Position numbers and translations under genes: made by a program
The notes under the pieces: model-generated
Told to the model about the DNA's origin: nothing
Database searches by the model: none
Seen by the model: only the letters and a program-made list of their open reading frames with translations
Shown here: positions 18,601 through 43,821 of the stretch, one piece after another
Layout of the letters: each line of letters opens with the position of its first letter
How positions within the stretch are numbered: the first letter of the stretch is position 1
NCBI GenBank assembly: GCA_002269645.1
Contig: NIVC01003340.1
Coordinates: 39,287 to 103,286 of the forward strand
Direction: 5' to 3'
Length of the DNA: 64,000 nt
Source of the DNA: Macrostomum lignano
Taxonomy: Eukaryota

Positions 18601-20221
18601 AGGGGCAAAGTTCACAGCTGTCAAAATATATCGTCACACGTGCCAAATTATTATGTGATTGACAAATGAGAAATTCTCCCAGACCATCAGGAACCTGTAT
18701 ACCCACAGGCATGCATGCCAGGTGTCCGTCTAATACCTTGACAATCTGGTGATTTATATGATCATGATCCGAAAAAAGTATGCTGGTATACAATCCCGAT
18801 GAAAAAGAAGAAAAACATAAAAGTAGCGAAGGTAATTAGTAGGGGAGACAAAGGATAGGAAGAAGCGAAGATAGGAGAGAGGAAAGGTAAATATATTGAA
18901 AAGATCCGATAATAAAAAGGGAAGAAGAAATTTCTATTTCTACTGGCAGTAATAGGGGACGTGCCATCAAATTAGTGCTGATGCTGAAAGTCTGATATCT
19001 CATAAAGTAGAAATTAGGAGTCAATTAGGCCTTTAATTGTCATGCAGCTAGATATGCTATTACTACTAGCTAAAATCTAACGAGAAGAAACTACTGCAGC
19101 GACCAAATAGTATGAGCCCGTATACTGCTACATGTAGGTCCAAAATATATTTTGCTGCATTACAGTGTGCCTTGCCGGTTGTCACAACCATCATCTCTTT
19201 AACATGCTAAAGATTTTAACAGATTAAGTCGTACTATCAATCTCTACAGGGTCCTACATGTAATGTAGTTTTTTAAAGCAAGACAAAAACGACATAAAGA
19301 TGAACACCAGTTTGTATATCATGAGCACAAAAGTTTGTACATGTACATCTAGCTATTAAAGTTCGGCTGGTGAAGCGTACAGCCCCTTTCCAACAGGAAT
19401 ATCCGTTGTCTGGGCATCAATGCAGCGTTGGGGAGTTGGCCGATCGAATGGAGCTCTAAATGCAATGTCTGGATGTTCGGGGACTAGTGTTAAAGTCAAT
19501 AAAGATGACGAACCAAAGTAAAAAATAAAAGGAAACAGAGACAAAAATGTACTTCTATTTGTTTCATTTTATGACCAACCCATGAAACCTGATAATATCG
19601 CAGCTCATGATATATTAAAAAATCGAACTACCTCTCCAGATCGCTGGTTTGTAGAACGCCACAAGACGTACATACCAGATTTCAGCATCTGACGCACCCT
19701 CTTCCTTCTGCAGTATTGATCCGAACTAGACTGCAATATGGGCGGTGGGGGCCTGGGGAAGGGCTGGGTCGGCGAACCACAGCGGTCTTTTCTCTCTTAC
19801 CTCCCTGCGCATTCAGGCAAGGCGGACAGGGGCTAGCAGGAAACGAGGTCCGTGGTAAGGGGTTGTAGCCTTAGCCTATATGGGCCTGTTGCTTTTGTCT
19901 GTAGAGAGAGCCTCGATGGGATTGGGGATGAGGTAGGGTACTGGGGTCTGGCAGTCCAGATGAGGCAAGTGTGTGCAGCGTGTGCGCCAAGCAATGGCCC
20001 GTCTTTGAACGCTTTGTCACCCACCATCTGCCCGAGCCGCAGCCCCAACCAGCCTCCGACTATTTAGGCCGAAAGAAAATCCTTCCCAACCATCTTGGTC
20101 CTCCTTCATTTTTCATCCTTTCCTCTCTCCTTATAGCTATCTTCATCGTTTCATTTTGGAGCCGCCAGCCATATTCACCCTACTAATTATTAGAGACAAA
20201 CTACAACTTTAGCCGCATGAG

Positions 20222-32944
<12,723 letters not shown>

Positions 32945-33074
32945 ACTTCATGTAGCTTAAATTTTCAATGACCTGAGATCATCACGTCCACCAATTCTAA
33001 GTCTGTCTGCCAATTAACAGTGTCCACTCGACCTTAAATGTCCATCGATTCCAAATTTCCACTGATTCTCTAAA

Positions 33075-35080
33075 TGTCACCGATTCTAAATGTCACCGAT
33101 TCTAAATGTCACTGATTCTAAATGTCACCGATTCTAAATGTCACCGATTCTAAATGTCACCGATTCTAAATGTCACCGATTCTAAATGTCACCGATTCTA
33201 AATGTCACTGATTCTTAATGTCACCGATTCTAAATGTCACTGATTCTAAATGTCACCGATTCTAAATGTCACCGATTCTAAATGTCACCGATTCTAAATG
33301 TCACCGATTCTAAATGTCACTGATTCTAAATGTCACCGATTCTAAATGTCACTGATTCTAAATGTCACTGACTCTAAATGTCACCGATTCTAAATGTCAC
33401 CGATTCTAAATGTCACTGATTCTAAATGTCACCGATTCTAAATGTCATCGATTCTAAATGTCACCGATTCTAAATGTCACCGATTCTAAATGTCACCGAT
33501 TCTAAATGTCACCGATTCTAAATGCACTGATTCTAAATGTCACCGATTCTAAATGTCACTGATTCTAAATGTCACCGATTCTAAATGTCACCGATTCTAA
33601 ATGTCACCGATTCTAAATGTCACCGATTCTAAATGTCACCGATTCTAAATGTCACCGATTCTAAATGTCACTGATTCTAAATGTCACTGACTCTAAATGT
33701 CACCGATTCTAAATGTCACCGATTCTAAATGTCACTGATTCTAAATGTCACCGATTCTAAATGTCACTGATTCTAAATGTCACCGATTCTAAATGTCACC
33801 GATTCTAAATGTCACCGATTCTAAATGTCACCGATTCTAAATGTCACCGATTCTAAATGTCACCGATTCTAAATGTCACCGATTCTAAATGTCACTGACT
33901 CTAAATGTCACCGATTCTAAATGTCACCGATTCTAAATGTCACCGATTCTAAATGTCACCGATTCTAAATGTCACCGATTCTAAATGTCACCGATTCTAA
34001 ATGTCACTGATTCTAAATGTCACCGATTCTAAATGTCACTGATTCTAAATGTCACTGACTCTAAATGTCACCGATTCTAAATGTCACCGATTCTAAATGT
34101 CACTGATTCTAAATGTCACCGATTCTAAATGTCACTGATTCTAAATGTCACCGATTCTAAATGTCACCGATTCTAAATGTCACCGATTCTAAATGTCACC
34201 GATTCTAAATGCACGGATTCTAAATGTCACCGATTCTAAATGTCACTGATTCTAAATGTCACCGATTCTAAATGTCACCGATTCTAAATGTCACCGATTC
34301 TAAATGTCACCGATTCTAAATGTCACCGATTCTAAATGTCACCGATTCTAAATGTCACTGATTCTAAATGTCACTGACTCTAAATGTCACCGATTCTAAA
34401 TGTCACCGATTCTAAATGTCACTGATTCTAAATGTCACCGATTCTAAATGTCACCGATTCTAAATGTCACCGATTCTAAATGTCACCGATTCTAAATGTC
34501 ACCGATTCTAAATGTCACCGATTCTAAATGTCACCGATTCTAAATGTCACCGATTCTAAATGTCACTGATTCTAAATGTCATTGATTCTAAATGTCACCG
34601 ATTCTAAATGTCACCGATTCTAAATGTCCACCCTTTCTGAATGTCCATCGATTCTAAATGTCACCGATTCTAAATGTCACCGATTCTAAATGTCACCGAT
34701 TCTAAATGTCACTGATTCTAAATGTCATTGATTCTAAATGTCACCGATTCTAAATGTCATCGATTCTAAATGTCCACCCTTTCTGAATGTCCACCGATTC
34801 TAAATGTCCACCCTTTCTGAATGTCCACCGATTCTAAATGTCCACCCTTTCTGAATGTCCACCGATTCTAAATGTCCACCGATTATAAATGTCCACCATT
34901 TCTGAATGTCCACCGATTATAAATGTCCACCTTTTCTGAATGTCCACCGATTATAAATGTCCACCATTTCTGAATGTCCACCGATTCTAAATGTCCACCG
35001 TTTCTGAATGTCCGCCGATTATAAATGTCCATGGATCGCAAATGTCCACCGATTCTAAATTTCCACTGATTCTAAATTTA
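33075..35080. repeat. 16-bp satellite (~120 copies) grading into 17-19-bp variants
   Basis: Unit ATTCTAAATGTCACCG, with later variants of type TTCTGAATGTCCACCCTT. Confidence 0.98.
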
Positions 35081-35809
35081 AAAACAATAAAAAATATTCA
35101 CGTATCCAATAAAGCCTCAATAATCAAAAGCCCAGCTTTCCCAAAGAACTCAGATAACTTTCTACAAACATTTATAATCACAAGCAGTACTACTTTGGCT
35201 AAGGCTAATCATTGAATATATTCTCATCACTTCCAGGTAACTCATGAGGAGTCTCTAAATCGACAAATCGACAAATAACCCAGGCTGCACCGCTAGTTTA
35301 GTTAATTTTTAAAACTTTTATTGCTAAACCTCTACTATGTTGATCTGCTTGCGCGCAAGTAAAATCTATTCAACTTTATATATTAACCTTGCTGACAACT
35401 TTGTTTTGTAGTTTTTATAAAAAGAATAGTTCAAAAGCGCGCGCTGTAACGAAATTTAAAATTTGCATGACCTGCTACTACAAGTAGCTCGAATAATCTA
35501 GTCAATTTTCTCTATTTATTACATGATGCTATGATTACATATGTGCAAATCTGTACCGAATTGTTACAAATGATAACAAATACAAATAATGGCTTGTTTA
35601 CTCTTTGTGAACTGCAGCAAACTGCCAACTCTGCAATTTGTCTGTTTTTCTAAAAATATCAAAAAGCGATTTTTCTTGAATTTTTCTTTGCTTACTACTC
35701 GCAAGTAATACTTTTGTACTAAGTTCAGTTCCGGAACTTTCACTTGACCGGACGGGTTTATATTTATTTTGAAGACACAAAACTGCAGCATGGGACGTGG
35801 TTGCTGGTC

Positions 35810-36660
35810 GGTGAATTTTGTGTCAGTGTTATTAAATTTGTGTCAGGGATCTTACTTTGTGTCAGGGATGTTAAACTTGGCTGAATTCTCATAAATTTGT
35901 GTCATAGATCTCAAATTGTGTCTGGGATCTTAAATTTGTGTCAGGTGTGTTAGATTTGTGTCCTGAATCATAACTTTGTGCCATAAATCTTAAATTTGTG
36001 TCAGGGGTCATAAATTTGTGCAGTAAATCTTAAATTTGTGTCAGGTGTGTTAGATTTGTGTCTTGAATCATAAATTTGTGCAGTAAATCTTAAATTTGTG
36101 TCCGGGATCATAAATTTGTGTCAGGGATCTTAAATTTGTGCAGTAAATTTTAAATTTATGTCAGGGATCTCAAATTTGTGTTAGAGATTTTGAATTTTTG
36201 TCTGGGATCATAAATTTGTGTCGGGGATGATAAATTTGTGTCAGGAATCATAAATTTGTGTCAATAAATTTGTGTCAGGGATCTTAAATTTGTGTCAGGA
36301 ATCATAAATTTGTGTCAGGGATCTTAAATTTGTGTCAGTAATCATAAATTTGTGTCAGGGATCCTAAATTTGTGCAGTAAATCCTAAATTTGTGTCACGG
36401 ATCATAAATTTGTGTCAGGGATCTTAAATTTGTGTCCGGGATCATAAATTTGTGTCAGGGTTCATAAATTTGTGTCAGGGGTCATAAATTTGTGCAGTAA
36501 ATCTTAAATTTCTGTCAGGGATCTTAAATTTGTGTCAGGAATCTTAAATTTGTGTCAGGTGTCTTAATTTTTCTTTGACGGTTTATCTTAAGTGCGCAAA
36601 AATATTTGTGTCAAAAAGGAGTTAAAGTAGTTTTACAACATTTGAATTTGTGTCAGGCAC
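35810..36660. repeat. 20-bp minisatellite (~40 degenerate copies)
   Basis: Unit ~AAATTTGTGTCAGGGATCTT. Confidence 0.95.
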
Positions 36661-37184
36661 CTGAATATTGTGCGTAGGATGCGCCGTCAAGATTAGAACT
36701 ACCGGGCGTACATCAGGGCATTTTTTAAACAATTCTCTGACCCAACCGTCTTTTCTTCAACGTGTCAAAAATTAAGCATAAAATTTCTCTCTTCAATACT
36801 TCAAGAGCCTCGCGAGGCCAGGCAAAGATGGACAGTTCTAAGATGACATTGCGGGGAGCTGCAGATTGGCAAGCAGCATTACGCAATCATTTTGTCGACC
36901 GAATAAACAAAGCATTGCACAGGGCAGGTCGCAGCGCGAGCTCGGTTTGAGAAAAATCTAAGAAAAAACTGCTTTTCAAGCTGTCTTCACAGCTTCCCTC
37001 AGTTGCGAGTTGAGAGTTCCAACTGAGACTAAACGCTTCAATTGAAATTCTTTGCTGCTTAATGCGTGCGGGAAAACCACTGAAAGCTTAGAGGGACAAC
37101 CTGACAGAGGTTCTTTACGACTCCACTAATTAATGAGGCTTTGGGGTCTTCTGCCAGTCTTTCATTACTCGTACCAACTGCCCT

Positions 37185-37790
37185 TTGAGTCTCTCCTCTC
37201 TCCCCTCTCCCTCTCCCCATTCTCCTCTCTCCCTCTCCCTCTCCCAGTCTCCTCTCTCCCCTCTCCCTCTCCCCATTCTCCCTCTCCCTCTCCCCATTCT
37301 CCTCTCTCCCTCTCCCTCTCCCCATTCTCCTCTCTCCCTCTCCCTCTCCCCATTCTCCTCTCTCCCTCTCCCTCTCCCCATTCTCCTCTCTCCCTCTCCC
37401 TCTCCCCATTCTCCTCTCTCCCCTCTCCCTCTCCCCATTCTCCTCTCTCCCCTCTCCCTCTCCCCATTCTCCCTCTCCCTCTCCCTCTCCCCATTCTCCT
37501 CTCTCCCCTCTCCCTCTCCCCATTCTCCTCTCTCTTCTCTCCCCCTCCCCAGTCTCCTCTCTCCCCTCTCCCTCTCCCTATTCTCCTCTCTCCCCTCTCC
37601 CTCTCCCCAGTCTCCTCTCTCCCTCTCCCTCTCCCCAGTCTCCTCTCTCCCTCTCCCTCTCCCCAGTCTCCTCTCTCCCCTCTCCCTCTCCCCAGTCTCC
37701 TCTCTCCCTCTCCCTCTTCCCAGTCTCCTCTCTCCCTCTACCCACTTGCTTCTCTTCCTCTCTTCCCTCCCCTCTCTCCCCTCTTCTCTT
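37185..37790. repeat. Polypyrimidine (CT-rich) low-complexity repeat
   Basis: CTCTCCCTCTCCCCATTCTC-type units. Confidence 0.95.
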
Positions 37791-38924
37791 TAGTTTGCAT
37801 TCTCTAATTGATCCATCCATGTATCCTGCTCTGCGCTCACTCCCATTTTTTCTTGAACAGTGCAATGCATAATTTTTAGTGTATAAAACATTTCACTAGA
37901 ATTTTTCTTGAGTACCCGTTAGCTAATTTTCGATTTCCTTTCTCTGCTCCCTTGTCGTTCAAGTTGGTGCGCGATAATTGTTTAACACAGTCACTATGAA
38001 TTGCACCAGTTACAGATAAGATTGCAGCCGCAAGAAACTGAAATGAACTGGAAAACGAGGTTTAGTCGCAGTTTGTAGAATTAAAATGTTGCACCTAAAT
38101 TTGGTCCAAACGCCCGCTCACTACCTAGCGAACTAATGCCTACTTAGCTGACAACAAGCAAGTGCGCATCACAGGGCAGTAAAACCTGCCGCAGAAGCCC
38201 TAATTAAAATAGCTCAACACCTTGGAAATAAAAACAGCTTTTATTTTGTTCTTCAATGTCTATAATTGTAGAATGGCGATAGCAGGCTTTTTCTCTCTAA
38301 TTAAGGCTAGTCGAGTTCAGTCATTGTATAGTACGAGCAGTGTAAGGCAAGGTGTACGTTGTAACCGCGCTTTTGTAGAGATGTACAGTCAGTCCCAGAG
38401 AGAATGCACACTGTGGGAGGTCGCTTACCTCTGACCCTCAGCCAGTGAGAGAGCGAGAGAGAGAGCGAGAGCGACAGAAAATCGGATTGAATATACACAC
38501 GAGTAAGAAAGTTACTCGAGGCAGCTTCGACCAATGAGCTCGGATCGGTCTCTCTTTCTCTGTGCTCTCTGTTGCTCTTCTCAAACCGCCCTTCTCTTCA
38601 CCTTCGACTCCTTTTTCTGCCGCAAATTTTCAGACTAACGACCCCCCCCTCACTCAACTGTCGGTGATATTGTGCCAGTTCAGCCATTTTTGCCCTGGTT
38701 TTTAATTTCTGCGGTCTCTCTGCCGCTCACCGTTTGAACAAAAAGCCCGGGTTTTACAGTCGCGGCCTTCTCTAACCTCTGTTTCTCTGTGCTGGCGCTG
38801 CTTCTTCACAGAAGCTAAGAGGTAAGTTCCAGAGCTAGTAGATTTCAATATTCACCTTGAAATTTATTATTCTAGCCTGAGATATGTTTTCTTTGTAGGA
38901 ATCATCTTATACCAGCTTAACAGC

Positions 38925-40042
38925 ATGGCAACGCGGCAGCGGATAGTGACGTTTGCGCTGTTGCTGCTGCTAGCCTCATTGGTTTCCATAGCAACCGGCC
39001 AAATCGAACAGATCGAGAATCGACCAATTGACGGTCACAGGTTCCAGCAGGGCCAGAGCTTCCGCATCGAATGCCGGGCGGTGGCTGACCAGGAGCTGGC
39101 CGTCCGGCTGGCCTGTCCGCTGGCCGAGTTCGCCTCGGGCGGCCTGGCCAGCACCTCTTGCTTCGAGAATTGCGGCCGACCCCTGTGCAACCAGCCGAAC
39201 CTCAACGACTGCTCGGCCACCATGCCGGAGCTCCTCATTGCCAACTGCAGCCGTACGGTGAGACAGGTGTCCTCCGTGGCCAAGGAGATCGTCATTGTGT
39301 ACACTTTCAACGATGTGAATACCAGGCACAGCGGCAGCTACATGTGCCAGTTCAAGACAATGCGAAGCAGCTCCTACATCATTGTCGACCCAGCCGTCAC
39401 CACTGCTGCGGTCACCAGTGCCAGCAGCAGCCCCAGCAGCACCAGCAGCACCAGTAGCAGCGTGTCACCTTCGACAAAAAGCAGTGAAACTACAGCCACT
39501 ACCACTGGAACATCCGCCTCCTCATCTACTACAAGTAGTATTACGAGTGCAGTAAGCACTGAAGCGTCAAAGAAAACGGCTGGGCCAACTACTGCAGCCG
39601 AGAAACTGACTACTGCATCTTCGAGGGCTGAGTCCACTAGCTCGACAAAAGAGAGTGAGTAGCACTTTTGGGGATTGTGTGCGCACGAAAATTGACCAAG
39701 GGAGTTGTCGTACGATTGACACCCATGAGGGGGTCAACCCCCCAATGCACAGAGAGTGTATGAGCGTACGTGCCTGATGATTAGAAAATCAGGATCGCTG
39801 TACACCCTGTGTGAGCGTGTGCAAAAGTGCACCAAATCTCCAGCACCCACTGCTAGCATGTTTGTGTTGGAATTTTCAGAAATTCTCACTCTCCCTCCGG
39901 GTCCGAGGACGCAGCCGACGACAACCAGAGAGCCTGGCGAGCTGGTCACCTCCGAGCTGCTTCTGAAGTCAGGCGGATGGTTCTACGCTTCGATAGGTGA
40001 GCAATTAACTTGCGAACTCAGTGTCTGATAAAAACTTTGCTA

Positions 40043-40131
<89 letters not shown>

Positions 40132-41478
40132 GACTGTCTGTCTGTCTGTCTGTCTGTCGCATGCAACCTAGAACCATTGAAATAATATTGAAAAACAGCC
40201 TCATGCATATCTCTGCTTCTCCACTCCCTCGCGCAGTTGGCACCCTGTCCGGTGCCGATGTCATCCTGGTCTGCCTGATGATATTCGTGGCCTGCGCCTG
40301 GCTGTTCGGCTTTCTGTGCATCCGGCATCAGGTGCTGGCAACCAGATACAGTGAGTTCGATAACCTCACCTTGAATTTCCCCACTTGTAAAGTTTAATGG
40401 ATCTAAGTTGGTAAAATGCCCTCCGCTACCATTTCTGCCACGCCGTTCGTTGCCGACCACAGAATCGTCCAAATCAACGGGCGGATGCTGCTGTTCGGCG
40501 ATTCTCTGCCTCGGCCAGCAGCAGCAGGAGTTCCAGCTGCAGCAGAAGCGCCAGCAGCAGTCGCTGGTTGTCAACGGCGGTCTGCGCGACTTTGCCGAGC
40601 AGGAGCGTCGGCGCGGCGCCGCTGCTCGCCTCACGGCAATGTCGATGAACACCCCGACCGCGGCGTCGGCAAACTCGGTGAGCTCCGGCCAGGTGTACGC
40701 GGAGCCGGACGGCGTCAGCTACTACAGTCCCGACGGTGGCGACGAGCAGCTGCAGCACCCGCTGGTTCTGGCCGGCGGCGGCCACGGAGGTGACGACGCC
40801 TACTACAGACTGCAGCAGGACTTTGACGATCCGCTCGTCCGCGGCGGGTACGGCACGAATCCCAGGAGCACGTTCTTCCCGCGCGACCAGACTGGCCGGC
40901 ACTCGTTTCACAATGCGACGCCGGCGGCTCGACAGCGGCCGGGCATCCCGCGCGAGATGATCCTCTCGGGCGGCGCACAGGAAGATGTCGACGCCGAAGC
41001 AGAGGCGGCGGCCGAGCTGATTGCTGCCGCCGCGGATCCCGTGATGACGCGCGACGATTTCCGTCGCCAGATGGAGCAGCAGCGACGCGAGATCGAAAGC
41101 CTCAGGCAGCAGTTGCGCAACTCGCAGCTGCAGTTGAACCAGAGAGCTTCATCAACGGCTGCGTTAAAGCAACAGCCGCAGCCGCCGGAGCAAAAGCAGC
41201 AACAGCAACAGCAACAACAGCCGCCCACATCAGGAGATTATGACTTTCTGACTCGAATATCAGCAGCAGACACTCTGCCTCCCTCGCCGCCACCACCGCC
41301 GCCTCCGTCTCAGCAGCAGCGGCAGCAGCAGCAACAACCGGGCCTGCAGTCTCTGCCAGACGATGGCAGCGCCGACTTGCCGCCGCCACCACCGCCGCCG
41401 CCTGTAAACGATCTGGACAATGGAGGTCATCGGAGAAGCTCTCTTGAGGAGGCTTACACCGCAGGCCAACGTTACTAA
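38925..41478 (+). CDS. Orphan type I membrane protein: signal peptide, Cys-rich Ig-like domain, Ser/Thr mucin stalk, TM helix, long Tyr/Pro/Gln-rich tail
   Basis: Exons 38925-39654, 39880-39996, 40237-40350 and 40463-41478, all joined in phase 1. Ig hallmarks are FRIEC and RHSGSYMC. TM segment is VILVCLMIFVACAWLFGFLCI, followed by juxtamembrane CCC. The tail contains VYAEP, a coiled coil, and LPPSPPPPPP / DLPPPPPPP. Confidence 0.88.
40043..40158. repeat. (TCTG)n microsatellite in an intron
   Basis: Direct reading. Confidence 0.98.
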
Positions 41479-41854
41479 CTGGCTGATCCATAAGTGCTGG
41501 ATCTTTAAGGATCACCGGTAGACACACAATGTAGCATTTGAAAAATGATTTGAATTTATTTGAAGGCTCAAATTTGATTGAAAATGAAGGACAAGTATTG
41601 TCTATAGCCAAACTCGATTAAGTGCGATGCGTAGTCACTCTCCGCCTGTTTCATATTTTGTGACCGCCAACGGCTTGGCAGTCGTTTTTTAGCTTTTATC
41701 TATGGCCCGAATCCGTTCGCTGCCATAGATAAATAGAACAAGCGGAGAATATTCGATTTATTACACTTGGGTTCGGCCATAGACTACAGAAACATATCCA
41801 TTTGACCTAGCGCAATAAAATTATAAGTAAATACTACTCTGTAGTTTATGACCT

Positions 41855-42120
41855 GGCCCAAGTGGGGAATAAATACGTTTCTGCAGTCTATGGCCCAAGT
41901 GGGGAATAAATACGTTTCTGCAGTCTATGGCCCAAGTGGGGAATAAATACGTTTCTGCAGTCTATGGCCCAAGTGGGGAATAAATACGTTTCTGCAGTCT
42001 ATGGCCCAAGTGGGGAATAAATACGTTTCTGCAGTCTATGGCCCAAGTGGGGAATAAATACGTTTCTGCAGTCTATGGCCCAAGTGGGAAATAATACGTT
42101 TCCGTAGTCTATGGCTCAAA
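41855..42120. repeat. 37-bp minisatellite (~6.5 copies)
   Basis: Unit CTATGGCCCAAGTGGGGAATAAATACGTTTCTGCAGT; period 37 measured from 41888 to 41925. Confidence 0.96.
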
Positions 42121-42674
42121 TAAGGAACTAAATTTCTTACAAACCCATTCTGAAGCGATCAGTTCGGCCTTCAAATATTTTTCATGCTTTTAAAATGCTA
42201 CGTCTCTCTGTCTAATAACATGGCTCATGGACTGAGTTACGCAAAGCTGATTGGTTATACAATATTAACTAACCTAATTATGTTTCACCTGCTAGACAAC
42301 TTGCTTGTGCTTTTAGTAATAATAGCCTAAACCCTTCTTTTATACCTGCTGACGAGTACTTCATCAAGAAAAAGTACAACTGTACATTACTGGGGCCTGT
42401 TAGGCGATATTTTATTGTTTACCACTTCGTAAAAGTTTTGCTTTATTGTGTTTTAAAGGTAAAAAATTATACTCACGATTAGTTGCAGTAACAATGTGCT
42501 TATTCTCCATGTTGTCAATTGTTTTACATGACCCAATCTGTACATAGGGAGAACTTATCATGCATGTTTGTTTGTGTACTAAATTCTATTCTCAATCGTG
42601 TTTTTACTGTAGTTTTTTCTATTGTGTCTACTTTTAATTGGAGTGTTATTTCGTATCTATTTCTCACCGTGCTC

Positions 42675-42845
42675 TCTCATCTCTCTTCTCCACCTCCTAT
42701 TCCCTCTCTCCCTCTCTCCTCTCCCTTCTCTCCTCTCCCCTCTCCCCTCTGCCCTCTATCCTCTCCCTCTCTCCTCTCTTCTCTCCCTTGTCTCTTATCC
42801 TCTCTCCCCTCTCTTCTACCCATCCACTCTGTCCCCCTCCGTCCC
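42675..42845. repeat. CT-rich low-complexity tract
   Basis: Direct reading. Confidence 0.9.
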
Positions 42846-43397
42846 ATTCCTACTTTTGCAAGAAAGTTGATAAAGAAAAGGCAAATATGCTGCTCATTTT
42901 GATAGTGTCATTCAGTTCTCACATTACAGTTACAAAACCCTGTTCGAGGGTAACTTCATGACTAATAGATTTTACTCAGGCTGCTCCGTCAAAAAGTCTG
43001 TCTTAGTACTCATATTTGCTTAATTTATGCACGTCTGGTTGCCATGGAGATGGACAACTGTTCAGCCTGAAGGAAAACAGAAGAGAGTACAGGAACAGGT
43101 GCAGTTTGCTGGTTCTTGGCATGGCCTGGCGTGCAGCTGCAGACCTGACTAACATCCAGGAACCGATGCTTGATCACGGCCCACTGGAGTTTGAGAATTT
43201 AGTCCCATTTAGCAGTATTAAAGCAGCGGTACAACCTTTGATTGAGGCGGCTTATTTCTAGGCATTAAATTTAGAACAGATGAAGAATTGCAATCTCTAG
43301 AGCGTTATGGACATTCATTCAAACATACAAACCTTAGAGATTTAGTATATTTAGATGACAAAGCGCTCAAGCACATGCTAATAATAATAACAATAAA

Positions 43398-43437
43398 TGG
43401 CTACCGGTCTCAAGCCTCTGGGCTCTTCGTCAGGCCA
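43398..43437 (-). ncRNA. Minimal type I hammerhead ribozyme B (core variant GAGA instead of GAAA)
   Basis: Minus strand reads TGGC-CTGACGA-A-GAGCC-CAGA-GGCTT-GAGA-CCGG-TA-GCCA. Stem I is TGGC/GCCA, stem II is GAGCC/GGCTT, stem III is the palindrome ACCGGT, and the cleavage triplet is GUA. Confidence 0.75.
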
Positions 43438-43665
43438 AAAGTATAGTGCAATTCAAATTTGCCCTATAAGTAATGATTTGTCGGTATGATAAAATCGATG
43501 AGCGGCTGTGCATATGAGGGATGTACATCTAATAATCTGTTTTATGTAGCTCTACCCAGTTATTTTAATCGACAGTATGTTTGGTGTATTAAAGGGGCTT
43601 TTTTCGAAGTACAACGACTAAATGAAATGCCGGTATTGAAGTGGGAGCATAAAATACGAACGATA

Positions 43666-43668
<3 letters not shown>
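43438..43668 (-). mobile_element. Short non-coding module upstream of hammerhead B (PLE pseudo-LTR remnant or retrozyme-like unit)
   Basis: Lies between a (TC)n tract and hammerhead B on the minus strand. An 82-nt part (43509-43590) recurs at 46931-47027 with 4 mismatches. Confidence 0.45.

Positions 43669-43710
<42 letters not shown>
43669..43710. repeat. (GA)n microsatellite at the 3' junction of the Penelope-like element
   Basis: Direct reading. Confidence 0.98.
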
Positions 43711-43713
<3 letters not shown>

Positions 43714-43779
43714 CACCTCCAATCTCAGGCACTGACACGGTAACGGTAGAAAGGACTGAACAAAGTCAGTTTAATTGAA

Positions 43780-43821
43780 TTGCCGATATTTCGAAATTAT
43801 TATATTTCTTCGTCAGGGCAA
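43780..43821 (-). ncRNA. Minimal type I hammerhead ribozyme A (intact core)
   Basis: Minus strand reads TTGCC-CTGACGA-A-GAAAT-ATAATA-ATTTC-GAAA-TA-TC-GGCAA. It has a 5-bp stem I, a 5-bp stem II, a loopless palindromic stem III (ATAT) and cleavage after AUC. Confidence 0.9.

Noticed and set aside
33075-36660. Regular short repeats as a possible CRISPR array
   Set aside because: Head-to-tail tandem units with no unique spacers and no cas genes, in a eukaryotic context.
36762-36950. Short ORF MDSSKMTLRGAADWQAALRNHF... (also ORF 43016-43261)
   Set aside because: No recognisable domain, splice context or codon signal that I can support.
37059-37865. GRGRGERGE / SPLSLSP ORFs
   Set aside because: Translations of a CT-rich low-complexity tract.
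42350-42390. CTGACGA followed by a GTACTT/AAGTAC hairpin as a third hammerhead
   Set aside because: There is no GAAA after the stem and no stem I partner.
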